Positions 29,678-39,290 of a DNA stretch of 64,000 bases are shown in pieces; position 1 is the stretch's first letter, and each line of letters opens with the position of its first letter. Under the pieces are notes generated by a model that saw only the letters and a list, made by a program, of their open reading frames with translations, searched no databases and was not told the origin of the DNA. A program made the translations under genes and the position numbers. The DNA comes from Polyangia bacterium. Lineage in GTDB: Bacteria > Myxococcota_A > Polyangia > Nannocystales > Nannocystaceae. The DNA lies in NCBI GenBank assembly GCA_030429545.1, contig JAUIFF010000001.1, positions 147,599-211,598 of the forward strand, in the 5' to 3' direction.

Positions 29678-31924
29678 TTAAAGCGACGGCGGCGGTTGGA
29701 CGTTTGGGGTTTCGACTGCGGAGGAGGTATCTGGGGTATCTCCGACATCGGTGCTTTCGCTGCCGTCGGTATCGCCTTCGATGTCTCCTTCGGTGTCGCC
29801 TTCGGTGTCGCCTTCGCCGGTGTAGTCCACACCAGGTTTTTCGATGTAGCCGACCATGGGATTTTTGCGCTTACCCTTGATCCGGCCCTTGGTCACCATC
29901 ACGGGGATCGGCTCGGCGAGCCGGTATTTGTAGCCACGGGTAGCTAGGCGAATGCTGAACTCCTCGCCCTCGTACTCAAACTTACGCCCGTAGCCGAGTT
30001 TTTGCTGGCCCTCGCGGTTGAAGTCGCGGTGGCGGAGGATAAACGAAAACAGGCGCACGGCGTTCATGTTGTAGAGGCGGTGACAGCCGTGGCTAAACCG
30101 CCGCAAAATCGACATGTAGTCGACGCTGCCGTGGGTGCGAATGCCGTTGTCGTGGTCGGCCTTCCAGTTGCCCTCTTTGTCCTTGATCTCCTTGATGTGG
30201 TAGGCGGCCACCAGGCCATAGGCCGAGGTGTAGCTGGGCCCAAACTCGTCGTAGTTGACGACCGTTTTGACCCCGCCATCTTTCCACTTGCGGCGCACAA
30301 GTTCTGCCGGGGGCGTGGTGTTGGGCGGAATCCAGGTAGGTGCAGCTACAATTTCTTTCCAGACCCGCGGACCGACGTCGGACTCTTTGTATTTGTAGTA
30401 GACCTTGCCCTCGTTGAGCTCGTTGCGCCACGAGCCAATCGTCGTGCGCCAGCGGACCAGCGGGATCTGTTGGTCGCGGTAGGTCGTGTAAATCGTAAAC
30501 CGCGGGCGACGCTTTCGCGGCTGTGCCAGCTTTTTACCCTCGTCGTTGTAGGGGAAGTCGTACCAGACATCGCCGCGGTCGATGACCACGTTGAACGCCA
30601 TGTTGGGCTGGTAGTACTCGGGCAGCTGTGGCAGGCGTACGGCGACGACGAGTTGGTCGAAGTTTTTGTCGCTGCTCAGGGCGGCGAGTTTGTCGAGGCT
30701 CTCGCGGGCAGACTCGGGTGTTTCGAGGTTGAGCGCCTTGGTCACCGCAGCCATCGACTCGGTCGCAAGGTCGCGCAGGCCGTGCTCCTTGCCGTTGCTG
30801 TCGGTCCAGGTGAAGTCGGGCTTCCACTGGGCGGCCGAACCGTCCTCCAAAATCCCGGCTCCCGAGACCACACGCTCTTCGACCACGCGCAGCAGGCGGT
30901 TGTGCATACTGGTGTTTTGGTCGAGGGCAAGCGCGTCTAAGTTGTCGCGCTTAAAGTGGCCCCAGCCCATGATCTTGTGCTTCTTTTCAAAGGCGGCGAG
31001 GGCATGGGTCGTTGCATTATCAAAGATTCCCGGCTTGAACTTGCCCTCGCCGCTGCGGCCCGGAAACAGCTTCTCGCAGCGAAACCTTCGCTGGGCGTGG
31101 TCGATGACATCGACCCGATCTTGCAACTCGCGCCAGGCGGCGTACTTCTTGCCGAGCTTGGGATGGTCCTTGGCGGCGGCGAGTTGTTCGTCGGAGGTGT
31201 CGAGCTTGGCCTTGCGCATGGCTTTTTTCAGGCTGCTTCGCAACCACTTGGCCTTGCGGACATCCTTGTTGCCACGGGTTTTTTTGTAGGCGATCGTGCC
31301 CTGAAATCGGGTGAAAACCGTCGGGTCGAAGTTGGCTTCTTCGAGGCATTTTTCGACGTCGGGAACGTTTTTCCACTCGTCGTAAACCACCCCGATGGTC
31401 GGCGGAATCCCGTAGAGCTCTAAGTAGTTGCGCTCGCTGCCGCGGAGCTTGTCGCCGTCGGAGTCGACTTCGTTTTTGGCAAGCCCGATGTAACGCTCGC
31501 GGTAGGTGTTGGCCTGCTGGTCCTCAGCCCCGGCAGTTTTCTCGGTAAAGATGTACGGGACCCAGTTGTTGCCGAGGTCGATCGGCGTCAGTCCACGGGC
31601 CTCGACCTGACCGATATCCATGGTCTTGGGGCCATCTTTGGCCAGTTTGGCGTCGAAGACCCAGGCGTTTTTTGCCGCGTGCTCCCGCATGCTGCCCTTG
31701 GTCACCGGACCGAGCTCCAAGTCCTGTTCGATCGGAGCTTCGGGAGCTGCCGCGGGTGCCGTGTCGCGGACAACCGGTGGAGCCGTGTGCTGGTCGCGAC
31801 TTGGATCAGCGGCTTGTTGGGTACCTGAACACCCGGACAACATCCCGACGAGTGCGAGACCAACACCCGTTACGGTGTTCCAGCGGGCGCGAGACGACCT
31901 TCTAAATGCGCGAACCTCAGACAT
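29678..31924 (-). CDS. Large lipoprotein with C-terminal L,D-transpeptidase (YkuD) catalytic domain
   Basis: 748 aa. Lipoprotein signal LALVGMLSGCSG. Catalytic-site-like HG...SHGCHRL motif near residue 600. Acidic GEGDTEGDTEGDIEGDTDG tail. Confidence 0.65.
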   Translation of the reverse strand: MSEVRAFRRSSRARWNTVTGVGLALVGMLSGCSGTQQAADPSRDQHTAPPVVRDTAPAAAPEAPIEQDLELGPVTKGSMREHAAKNAWVFDAKLAKDGPKTMDIGQVEARGLTPIDLGNNWVPYIFTEKTAGAEDQQANTYRERYIGLAKNEVDSDGDKLRGSERNYLELYGIPPTIGVVYDEWKNVPDVEKCLEEANFDPTVFTRFQGTIAYKKTRGNKDVRKAKWLRSSLKKAMRKAKLDTSDEQLAAAKDHPKLGKKYAAWRELQDRVDVIDHAQRRFRCEKLFPGRSGEGKFKPGIFDNATTHALAAFEKKHKIMGWGHFKRDNLDALALDQNTSMHNRLLRVVEERVVSGAGILEDGSAAQWKPDFTWTDSNGKEHGLRDLATESMAAVTKALNLETPESARESLDKLAALSSDKNFDQLVVAVRLPQLPEYYQPNMAFNVVIDRGDVWYDFPYNDEGKKLAQPRKRRPRFTIYTTYRDQQIPLVRWRTTIGSWRNELNEGKVYYKYKESDVGPRVWKEIVAAPTWIPPNTTPPAELVRRKWKDGGVKTVVNYDEFGPSYTSAYGLVAAYHIKEIKDKEGNWKADHDNGIRTHGSVDYMSILRRFSHGCHRLYNMNAVRLFSFILRHRDFNREGQQKLGYGRKFEYEGEEFSIRLATRGYKYRLAEPIPVMVTKGRIKGKRKNPMVGYIEKPGVDYTGEGDTEGDTEGDIEGDTDGSESTDVGDTPDTSSAVETPNVQPPPSL

Positions 31925-32345
31925 ATCAACCCCTCAAAGGCAGCTTAGCTGCGTGGTTGGCAGCCTCCAAGGATACGGCCGATCGGGGCTGATTAGTCCG
32001 CTCGCGACTTTGACCACGCGCCCGGATCTCACCGCGGGACAGGGTTCGGAAAGTCACGGTCGAGAATGAGGTGTCCGCTTAAGAGGTTTGTTTGTCGCCA
32101 GGATGGGGCCGCCGGTGTGGCCTCGAAACCCCGGTGCGCAGACGCGCATTCCGAATCTCCTCGCCGTCAGGCCCCGGGGCGCAACTTTTGCTTCCCGGGC
32201 AACTCCCGAGGCAGTACTCGGCACCCGAGCTGACGAACGAGTAGCGATAATCGCGCGGTCGCAGGGCAGAGCGGACAGAAACATTGCAGCGCGGGGCTGC
32301 GGCTAGTAGAAAACACCGCGGGAGCTTTACAAGGCCGGGGGCTTT

Positions 32346-33116
32346 ATGCCACGGTCACGGCGCAGCAAGGAGACAGCGTTGTTTAGGTTCGTCAAGTCTG
32401 CACTCATCCATACCGTCGTCTTCGGACTGGCCGCCGTTACCGCAGCGGCTTGCTTCCAAGTGGACTACAACAATCCGGCACTTCGCTGCAGTCCCAAGGA
32501 CGGCGCGGAAGCCTGCCCGACCGATTACACCTGTTGTTCTGACGACCCGACCGCGGTCGGCGAGGAAAACGGCGCACTGCCCCAGTACACCCTCGCTACC
32601 TATAGCGGTGGTGTTCCAATCTTTGCCGATGGGAACAACGCACTGTCGACCCAGGGTATGTGTGTCGAGCTCACCGCAGGCATCCGCGGGGCATCGCTAC
32701 TCGGCAACGGCTGCCCGACACCCTGCGACCCAACCTGGACCGCAGAGCAAGTTGGAACCGTGTGCGGCGCTGGCCAGGAGTGTTGCCAAACCCTCCAGCT
32801 CGACTACGAAAAGGACTGTGTCCTCGACACCGGCACCAACACGTGGCGCCCGGTCAACGGCAACGACATTTTCGATGGTGGTGTCAACCCTCCGACCAAC
32901 TGGTCAGCCGGCAGTCACTCGACCCATCAGGATCCCAACGGCGCCGGTTGCATGACCTTTGTCCAGGGTGGAGATCCAACCTCGTGTTTTCGCCAGCTCA
33001 AGGTTGCCGACCGCCGCGGCTTTTGTAACGGCGCAGGGCTTTGCCCGTTGGCGGGGATGCCGAATCAGTGCGAGCTGATCAACCAAGGCATCAATCCTCC
33101 GCCTGTCGTGATGTAA
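32346..33116 (+). CDS. Secreted Cys-rich hypothetical protein
   Basis: 256 aa. N-terminal hydrophobic signal/anchor (LIHTVVFGLAAVTAAACF) and about 20 Cys. No known domain. Confidence 0.5.
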   Translation: MPRSRRSKETALFRFVKSALIHTVVFGLAAVTAAACFQVDYNNPALRCSPKDGAEACPTDYTCCSDDPTAVGEENGALPQYTLATYSGGVPIFADGNNALSTQGMCVELTAGIRGASLLGNGCPTPCDPTWTAEQVGTVCGAGQECCQTLQLDYEKDCVLDTGTNTWRPVNGNDIFDGGVNPPTNWSAGSHSTHQDPNGAGCMTFVQGGDPTSCFRQLKVADRRGFCNGAGLCPLAGMPNQCELINQGINPPPVVM

Positions 33117-33297
33117 CTTCGCCGCTGTCCGACCGAACTTGTCAGTCTTCAGCCGAAGGCTGGCAAGTTTTCCAATTAGATTCTCAACCCGCTCGCGCGG
33201 ATAGCGTGCGTGAGCCATCCGTGCATATAAGCGCGAGATGCACACCTAGTTTGGCTTCGGGCCATCCTTTACATTCCGACACTCTATCTGGCCACGC

Positions 33298-36279
33298 GTG
33301 ATCCGCGTGATGCCAAACGATGTGATGCCCATGGCAACAAGCTCGAAGAAGTCTTCCGCGAAAAAGGCCACCAAGAAAGCGGCCAAGAAGACCGCCAAAA
33401 AGAAGGCGGCCAAAAAGACGGCTAAGAAGAAGACCGCAAAGAAAAAAACGGCCAAGAAGAAGACCGCAGCCAAGAAAAAGACTGCGAAGAAAAAGACGGC
33501 CAAGAAAAAGACCGCAGCCAAGAAAAAGACGGCGAAGAAAAAAGCGGCCAAGAAGACCGCCAAGAAAAAGGCGGCCAAGAAGAAAACCGCGAAAAAGAGC
33601 TCGAAGTCAGCGGTCGGCAAACAACTGGTCATCGTCGAGAGCCCCGCCAAGGCGAAAACAATCAACAAGTACCTCGGCAACGACTTTGTTGTGCAGGCCT
33701 CCGTCGGGCATATCCGCGACCTCCCAGCCCGTGCGCCAAAGGGCAGCAAGATGCCGGTGCCCGGGGTCGACCTCGAAAACAACTTTGAGCCGACCTACGA
33801 GGTTTTGCCGAGCAAGACCAAGACCGTCAACGAGCTCAAGAAGCTGGCAAAAAACGCCGACGAAGTGTGGTTTGCCACTGACCTTGACCGCGAAGGGGAG
33901 GCGATTGCCTGGCACCTGTCGCAGGAACTTGGGATCGATCCGTCGGCGGCCAAGCGCGTCGTGTTTAACGCGATCACCGAAGAGGCTGTCACGCGGGCTT
34001 TTGCCAAACCCCGGGCGATCGACGAGAACAAAGTCAATGCCCAGCAGGCCCGGCGAATCCTCGACCGCCTCGTCGGCTACCTAGCCTCGCCGCTGCTGTG
34101 GAAGAAAGTGGCCCGCGGACTGTCGGCCGGTCGCGTGCAGTCGGTCGCCGTGCGTTTGATTGTCGAGCGCGAACGCGAGATCGACGTGTTTGTCCCGTCC
34201 GAGCGCTGGCAGGTTACGGCCCGGATCTGCAGCGACCCGAGCCAGAGCACCGCCCTCGCCAAGGCCTGGTCGGAGTTCATCGCCACTGTCGACGAAAAGG
34301 GAAGGGCGCCGACCAACAAACGCCGGAACGCGTGGATGGCCAAACAACATGCCCTCCGCGCTGAGCTGCACGAGTTTGAAGGAAAGCGGTTTTCGCTTGG
34401 GTGCCCGGCCGATGACCCCAAGGACCTGTCGGCCGAGATCAAGCGCATCGCCGAGGCCGTTGGGCTCGACGACGTCGCGGTGGTGACAACCGAGGATGAG
34501 TCGGGCAAGGGGCCGGCCAAGTACAAGCGCGTGGTGGTTGGCAAGCCGCTGGCGACCGCCCGCTACCAGGTCGATGCGATCGAAACCCGCAAGACCTCAT
34601 CGCGCCCGTCCGCACCGTTCATCACCTCGAGCCTGCAGATCGCAGCTTCGACGCGCCTGGGCTTTGCCGCCCAACGGACCATGCGAACGGCCCAAAGCCT
34701 GTACGAAGGCGTGGCGATTCCGGGGGCGGGCCAGGTCGGTCTCATTACCTACATGCGTACCGACTCGACCAACCTGTCCGGAGAGGCACTCGGCCAGATC
34801 CGCGAGTTTATCACCAAGACCTACGGCGACGAGTTTTTATCGGCCAAGCCCAACGTGTTTAGTTCGTCCAACAAGGACGCACAGGAGGCCCACGAGGCGA
34901 TTCGCCCGACCGATGTTTCCCGCACCCCCGAGTCGGTTCGCTCGGCCCTCACCGAAGAACAGTTCAAGCTCTACGACCTGATCTGGCGGCGGACCGTGGC
35001 TTCGCAGATGCCCCCGGCGCAATGGGACGCGACCAGCGTGTTTTTTGTCCGCAGCGACAAACCGACCAAGGTTCGCCTCAAGTGCACCGGCCGCTCCCTC
35101 GCCTTCGCCGGCTTTTACAAGGTTGCCGGTGTGCCGATCGACTCCGACGAGCAGACCCTGCCGGCCTTCCAAAAAGGCGACACGCTCGGTCTGTTTACCG
35201 TCGAGCCCGAGCAAAAGTTTTCAAACCCGCCGCCGCGCTACACCGAGGCTTCGCTGGTCAAAACCCTCGAAGGCGAGGGGATCGGCCGGCCGTCGACCTA
35301 CGCCTCGATCATCCAGGTCATCCAAGATCGCAACTACGTCGAGCAACTCGATCGCCGGTTTTATGCGACCGACTTGGGAGAGGTCGTCACCGACAAACTC
35401 GTCGAGGCGTTCAACGAGCTCATGAACGTTGGCTACACCCGCGAGATGGAGCAACAGCTCGACGGGATCGAGGCCGAGGGCAACGACTGGAAGCGGATGC
35501 TCGAGAAGTTCTACAAAGTCTTCTCGCGCGACCTAGAGACCGCCCACGAAAACCTGACCCACGCCAAGGCCGAAACCCAGCAAGCGCCCTACGCCTGTCC
35601 CAAGTGCGGGTCGCCGACCTGCTACCGGTTTGGCAAAAACGGTCGTTTTCTGTCGTGCACCGCCTATCCCAAGTGCGACTACGCGGCCCCGATCAACCGC
35701 GAGGGCACGCCGTTGCTACCGGAGCACGTCGACATCGTGTGCCCCGACGACGGCTCTGAAATGGAGTTGCGAAGCAGCCGCTTTGGCCCGTTTATCGCCT
35801 CGGTCAACTACCCAAAGACGGTCTTCGTGATCAACCTCGACCGCAAGGGCAACATCAAATACCCGGCGATTCCCCCGTATGTCACCGAGCTAGAGTGTGA
35901 AAAGTGCGGGGCCCCGCTCAACCTTCGCAACGGCAAACGCGGCCCCTGGCTCGGTTGCTCCAAGTTTCCGAAGTGTCGCGGGCGCAAGAGCTGGAACTCG
36001 CTCGACGACGAAACCAAGACCGAACTTGTCAACGCCTTGACCGAGCACGAAGCCAAAAATCCCCGCCCCGAGTTGCGGCGGCGGGACGGCTCGATCATCC
36101 CCGAGGGCACACCCGCCCAGGACCTCGCGCTACCAGGCCGCGAGGTTGAGCTCCAGATCCATCCAGACTGGGATGCCGACAAGGCCGAGCAAGAAAACGC
36201 GAAGGTCCCAGCCAAAGCCATCGCCCAGGCACGGGCCCAAGCGCAGTCGCAGCAACAGCAGCAACACGCCTCGACCTAG
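33298..36279 (+). CDS. topA: DNA topoisomerase I with N-terminal Lys-rich (AKKT)n extension
   Basis: TOPRIM start (KQLVIVESPAKAKTINKYLG), catalytic domain and C-terminal zinc ribbons (CPKCGSPTCYRF..., CEKCGAPL...). Residues ~14-105 are AKKTAKKKTAKKK repeats. Start at 33298 or M12 at 33331. Confidence 0.9.
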   Translation: MIRVMPNDVMPMATSSKKSSAKKATKKAAKKTAKKKAAKKTAKKKTAKKKTAKKKTAAKKKTAKKKTAKKKTAAKKKTAKKKAAKKTAKKKAAKKKTAKKSSKSAVGKQLVIVESPAKAKTINKYLGNDFVVQASVGHIRDLPARAPKGSKMPVPGVDLENNFEPTYEVLPSKTKTVNELKKLAKNADEVWFATDLDREGEAIAWHLSQELGIDPSAAKRVVFNAITEEAVTRAFAKPRAIDENKVNAQQARRILDRLVGYLASPLLWKKVARGLSAGRVQSVAVRLIVEREREIDVFVPSERWQVTARICSDPSQSTALAKAWSEFIATVDEKGRAPTNKRRNAWMAKQHALRAELHEFEGKRFSLGCPADDPKDLSAEIKRIAEAVGLDDVAVVTTEDESGKGPAKYKRVVVGKPLATARYQVDAIETRKTSSRPSAPFITSSLQIAASTRLGFAAQRTMRTAQSLYEGVAIPGAGQVGLITYMRTDSTNLSGEALGQIREFITKTYGDEFLSAKPNVFSSSNKDAQEAHEAIRPTDVSRTPESVRSALTEEQFKLYDLIWRRTVASQMPPAQWDATSVFFVRSDKPTKVRLKCTGRSLAFAGFYKVAGVPIDSDEQTLPAFQKGDTLGLFTVEPEQKFSNPPPRYTEASLVKTLEGEGIGRPSTYASIIQVIQDRNYVEQLDRRFYATDLGEVVTDKLVEAFNELMNVGYTREMEQQLDGIEAEGNDWKRMLEKFYKVFSRDLETAHENLTHAKAETQQAPYACPKCGSPTCYRFGKNGRFLSCTAYPKCDYAAPINREGTPLLPEHVDIVCPDDGSEMELRSSRFGPFIASVNYPKTVFVINLDRKGNIKYPAIPPYVTELECEKCGAPLNLRNGKRGPWLGCSKFPKCRGRKSWNSLDDETKTELVNALTEHEAKNPRPELRRRDGSIIPEGTPAQDLALPGREVELQIHPDWDADKAEQENAKVPAKAIAQARAQAQSQQQQQHAST

Positions 36280-36616
36280 CTATCAGTCCGAGAGCGTGTC
36301 CGAGGCAAATGGGCGAGCATCTTGCCCGGGCTCGCGGGAAACCGCGACTATGCCCAGGCACGGGCGCAAGCGCAGTCGCAGAAACAGCAGCAACACGCCT
36401 CGACCTAGCTATCAGGCCGAGAGCGTGTCCGAGGCAAATGGGCGAGCATCTTGCCCGGGCTCGCGGCCACCGCGACTTTGCCCAGGCACGGGCGTAAGCG
36501 CAGTCGCAGCAACAGCAGCAACACGCCTCGACCTAGCTATCAGCCCGACAGCGTGTCCGAGGCAAATGGGCGAGCATCTTGCCCGGGCTCGTGGCTGCCC
36601 GGGCTCGCGGTCACCG
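36223..36616. repeat. Tandem ~128-bp repeat, ~3 copies, beginning inside the last ~55 bp of topA
   Basis: Unit ctatcag(t/g)ccgagagcgtgtccgaggcaaatgggcgagcatcttgcccgggctcgcgg...gcccaggcacgggcg(c/t)aagcgcagtcgcag(a/c)aacagcagcaacacgcctcgacctag. Copies start at ~36280 and ~36409, with a truncated copy at ~36531. Each copy regenerates the topA C-terminal codons and stop. Confidence 0.85.
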
Positions 36617-36621
36617 CGACT

Positions 36622-36698
36622 TTGCTGTGTGTATAAACATTGAAATGTCCGCGCGAACGTTGCTATGTGTATAAACATAGAAATGTCCGCGCGCGTGG
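36622..36698. repeat. Tandem ~39-bp repeat, 2 copies
   Basis: gct(g/a)tgtgtataaacat(t/a)gaaatgtccgcgcg repeated twice. Locally AT-rich. Confidence 0.7.
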
Positions 36699-37034
36699 TG
36701 TGCAAGAAAATAAAACGCCCGTCACGGGTTCGCAGATTTGCGACTGTGTTCGCTTGATGGTGACCCAGGGAGATGTGCTTTTCGCCGGTCGGCCTCGGCA
36801 TGCATCGCAATCAAAAAGGCGACCGATGCCGAGGTTGCGCTGCGGGTGGCAACCGGCCTCACCAAGATCAACATATCGAGCCCTTTCAGACCGCAGACGT
36901 CGTTGCCAGTGTGAAGGGCTCGTTCCGGAGTGCCCTACAGATCTTGGCTAGCCTGAAAAGACCGACAATCTGGGCGAGGTCGGGCGCCAACCCCCAGCAC
37001 ATACCGCGCCCGTGACGTTGATTGAGACCTCAGG

Positions 37035-38258
37035 CTACTGTCGAACGCTGACCTCGGACACGCCCTCGGGGTAGTTCGTTTGCAAAAACGCCTCGGCATT
37101 GACGGCCCCGCGCAGGTGCAGGTCGAAGAAAGCAGATGCATATGCACTGGTTAGCCCACGGCCGATATCGACATCGAGGTATGTAAACGGCTCGCCGTTG
37201 GTCTGTCGATTACCCTCGCCGCAACCCGGGTCGAACATCTCGACAAGCCCGCAGATATCCGAAAATCCCCAGTGGCCGGCATCGTTGACCTCGACCATCC
37301 AGGCCGGAGGCGTGGCCATCATGAAGTTGTTGCGCAGCACGTTGTTGCCGAGTTCGGTGATGCTGTTGTCCTCGCGCGCAAGCACAAACAAAACCGGAGT
37401 TTTGATCGCAGCCATGGTCGGCCCGGGCAGCAGCGGATTTTCGATCGGGGCGGCGATCGGCATGATCGCTTGGACCCGCGAATCCTCTACGGCCAGCAAT
37501 CCAACAGTCGCGGCCCCGTAGCTATGTCCAATAGCGCCAACGCGCGTGGCATCGAACTGCCCCCGCACAAGTTCGGGGACCGTGGTGTCCTCCGAGTCGA
37601 GGACCGCGTCTAACACAACGCCGAGGTCCTCCCGACGGGTCCGCAAAAACTCCCCGTTGAGCGGAGCATTCATATCCGCAAGTTCATCAAAAAGCGTATT
37701 GCCCTGGTGGTCGGGCGCGACCACGACAAACCCGTGACTGGCCAGGTGCTCGGCGAGCGAAAAACTCGAAAACCGTGTACATGCATGGCAATGGGAATAA
37801 AGAATCACCGGCCACGGCCCGGGCGTGGGTAGGCCCTCGGGTGCCGCGGACGTCTGCCGGGTGGTGCCGGGGTTATGTGCAGTTGCAAGTAGATCGACAA
37901 ACTGGTCTTGGTCTGGACCCACGGGCACGAACGCCTCGATAGGCGAACCCGCAGCGGCAGCCTCCGCGACACTCGGATCCGCCGGATACCAGACCTCGAC
38001 GAGTAGCTCGCGGTCGCGGGCGCTATCGGCAACCGTAAATCGCACGTGACCAACCGGATGGGAGCCTGCTTGGGTGTAGTCCGTGTCCTCTGGTTCCGGA
38101 CCCTCGGTCGTCGTCTCGTCCGTATCGGAAGTGTCACCCGTCTCGGTGGTCTCCCCCGTCATCGAAGCGTTCGTCTCGGTCGTCGCAGATGGCTCGCTCG
38201 AACAACCTCCCAAAACTGCGAGGACAGTAAGCAGACGGGTGAGCTTGGGGTAGTGCAT
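37035..38258 (-). CDS. Alpha/beta-hydrolase lipoprotein (PAF-acetylhydrolase/lipase-like)
   Basis: Start refined to MHYPKLTRLLTVLAVLGGCSS (lipobox). GHSYGA nucleophile elbow (GxSxG). Thr/Glu-rich linker. Confidence 0.65.
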   Translation of the reverse strand: MHYPKLTRLLTVLAVLGGCSSEPSATTETNASMTGETTETGDTSDTDETTTEGPEPEDTDYTQAGSHPVGHVRFTVADSARDRELLVEVWYPADPSVAEAAAAGSPIEAFVPVGPDQDQFVDLLATAHNPGTTRQTSAAPEGLPTPGPWPVILYSHCHACTRFSSFSLAEHLASHGFVVVAPDHQGNTLFDELADMNAPLNGEFLRTRREDLGVVLDAVLDSEDTTVPELVRGQFDATRVGAIGHSYGAATVGLLAVEDSRVQAIMPIAAPIENPLLPGPTMAAIKTPVLFVLAREDNSITELGNNVLRNNFMMATPPAWMVEVNDAGHWGFSDICGLVEMFDPGCGEGNRQTNGEPFTYLDVDIGRGLTSAYASAFFDLHLRGAVNAEAFLQTNYPEGVSEVSVRQ

Positions 38259-38289
38259 GGGCGAAGGGTAAGGAAATTGGCCACGGTTC

Positions 38290-38830
38290 GCACAGCCTTG
38301 GCAGGTCAGCGCGCCACGTTCACGTGCACGCCGCACTTCTTCGCGTTGAGCATCGCCCGGGCGCGGTTGGGTCGAAAGTCCTTGCCGCGCTCAGCTCGAT
38401 GTACTCGCAGGGGGCGTGTCGGTTCGCAGTGGACGCGCCTGGCAAGAACAACTCAGGTCGCGCCGAAGCTCGGCGGGGCCACACCCTCCCACGGTAAGTT
38501 CATGGTGGCGACGCTCGTGAGACGGTGCGCGCCACGTTCACGTGCACGCCGTACTTCTTCGCGTTGAGCATCGCCCGAACGCGGTTGGGTCGAAAGTCCT
38601 TGCCGCGCTCAGCTCGATGTACTCGCAGGGGGCGTGTCGGTTCGCAGTGGACGCGCCTGGCAAGAACAACTCAGGTCGCGCCGAAGCTCGGCGGGGCCAC
38701 ACCCTCCCACGGCAAGTTCATGGTGGCGACGCTCGTGAGACGGTGTTTGGCAAGCATGCCTGGGACGCGCGCCACGTTCACGTGCACGCCGTACTTCTTC
38801 GCGTTGAGCATCGCCCGAACCGGGCCGCGG
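38290..38830. repeat. Tandem ~234-bp repeat (2 full copies plus the native copy) derived from and fused to the 3' end of the cupin gene
   Basis: The 50-bp block cgcgccacgttcacgtgcacgccg(c/t)acttcttcgcgttgagcatcgcccg occurs at ~38293, ~38527 and ~38769. The ~180 bp between blocks is near-identical (copies at 38343-38524 and 38577-38758). The cupin ORF runs through copy 3 into copy 2. Confidence 0.85.
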
Positions 38831-39201
38831 TTGGTCAGCTCGACGAGCTGCTGAAAATCCTCACCGGCGTTGAGCTCGATGTACTCACAGGGCGTGTCGG
38901 TGGCGTTCCAAAAGCAGTGCTCCACGCCCGCCGGTTTGCGCACGAAGCTACCAGCGGGCACGGTGAAGCGAAGTCCTCCCTCGCCGCCAACCTCGAACTC
39001 GAGTTCGCCGGAAATGACATAAACGGCCTGGTCTTCGGATGCATGGGTGTGGGGTGCGAGGAGCTGGTGGGGAACAAGCGTTACCTTCATCGCCGAGAAG
39101 ACACCGCCGGTGTGCTCGGTGCCGACAGCGATATAAACGTGATTACCGACCTTTTTGCCCTGGCCAGGGAGAACGAGGAGATCTTCAACAGTGTGGTTCA
39201 T
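38671..39201 (-). CDS. Cupin-domain protein whose C-terminus is encoded within the tandem repeat
   Basis: 176 aa. Cupin motifs (HTHASEDQAVYVISGELEFEV and PAGVEHCFWN). The last ~55 codons lie inside the 234-bp repeat array, so the C-terminus may be an artefact or variant of repeat expansion. Confidence 0.6.
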   Translation of the reverse strand: MNHTVEDLLVLPGQGKKVGNHVYIAVGTEHTGGVFSAMKVTLVPHQLLAPHTHASEDQAVYVISGELEFEVGGEGGLRFTVPAGSFVRKPAGVEHCFWNATDTPCEYIELNAGEDFQQLVELTNRGPVRAMLNAKKYGVHVNVARVPGMLAKHRLTSVATMNLPWEGVAPPSFGAT

Positions 39202-39290
39202 GGCGTGGCTTCTTCCGTTTGTTTGGAGCAGGTCGCGTACAATCGACCAGCTTTTTCAGGCTAGAGCTTCCCCCTTCGGCTGGCCGCGCG

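Noticed and set aside
30002-30940. 312-aa plus-strand ORF antisense to the L,D-transpeptidase lipoprotein
   Set aside because: Val/Ala/Gly-rich antisense frame with no start context.
36146-36643. 165-aa ORF spanning the topA 3' tandem repeats
   Set aside because: It arises only because each 128-bp repeat re-creates an in-frame Gln-rich segment. No RBS and repetitive content.
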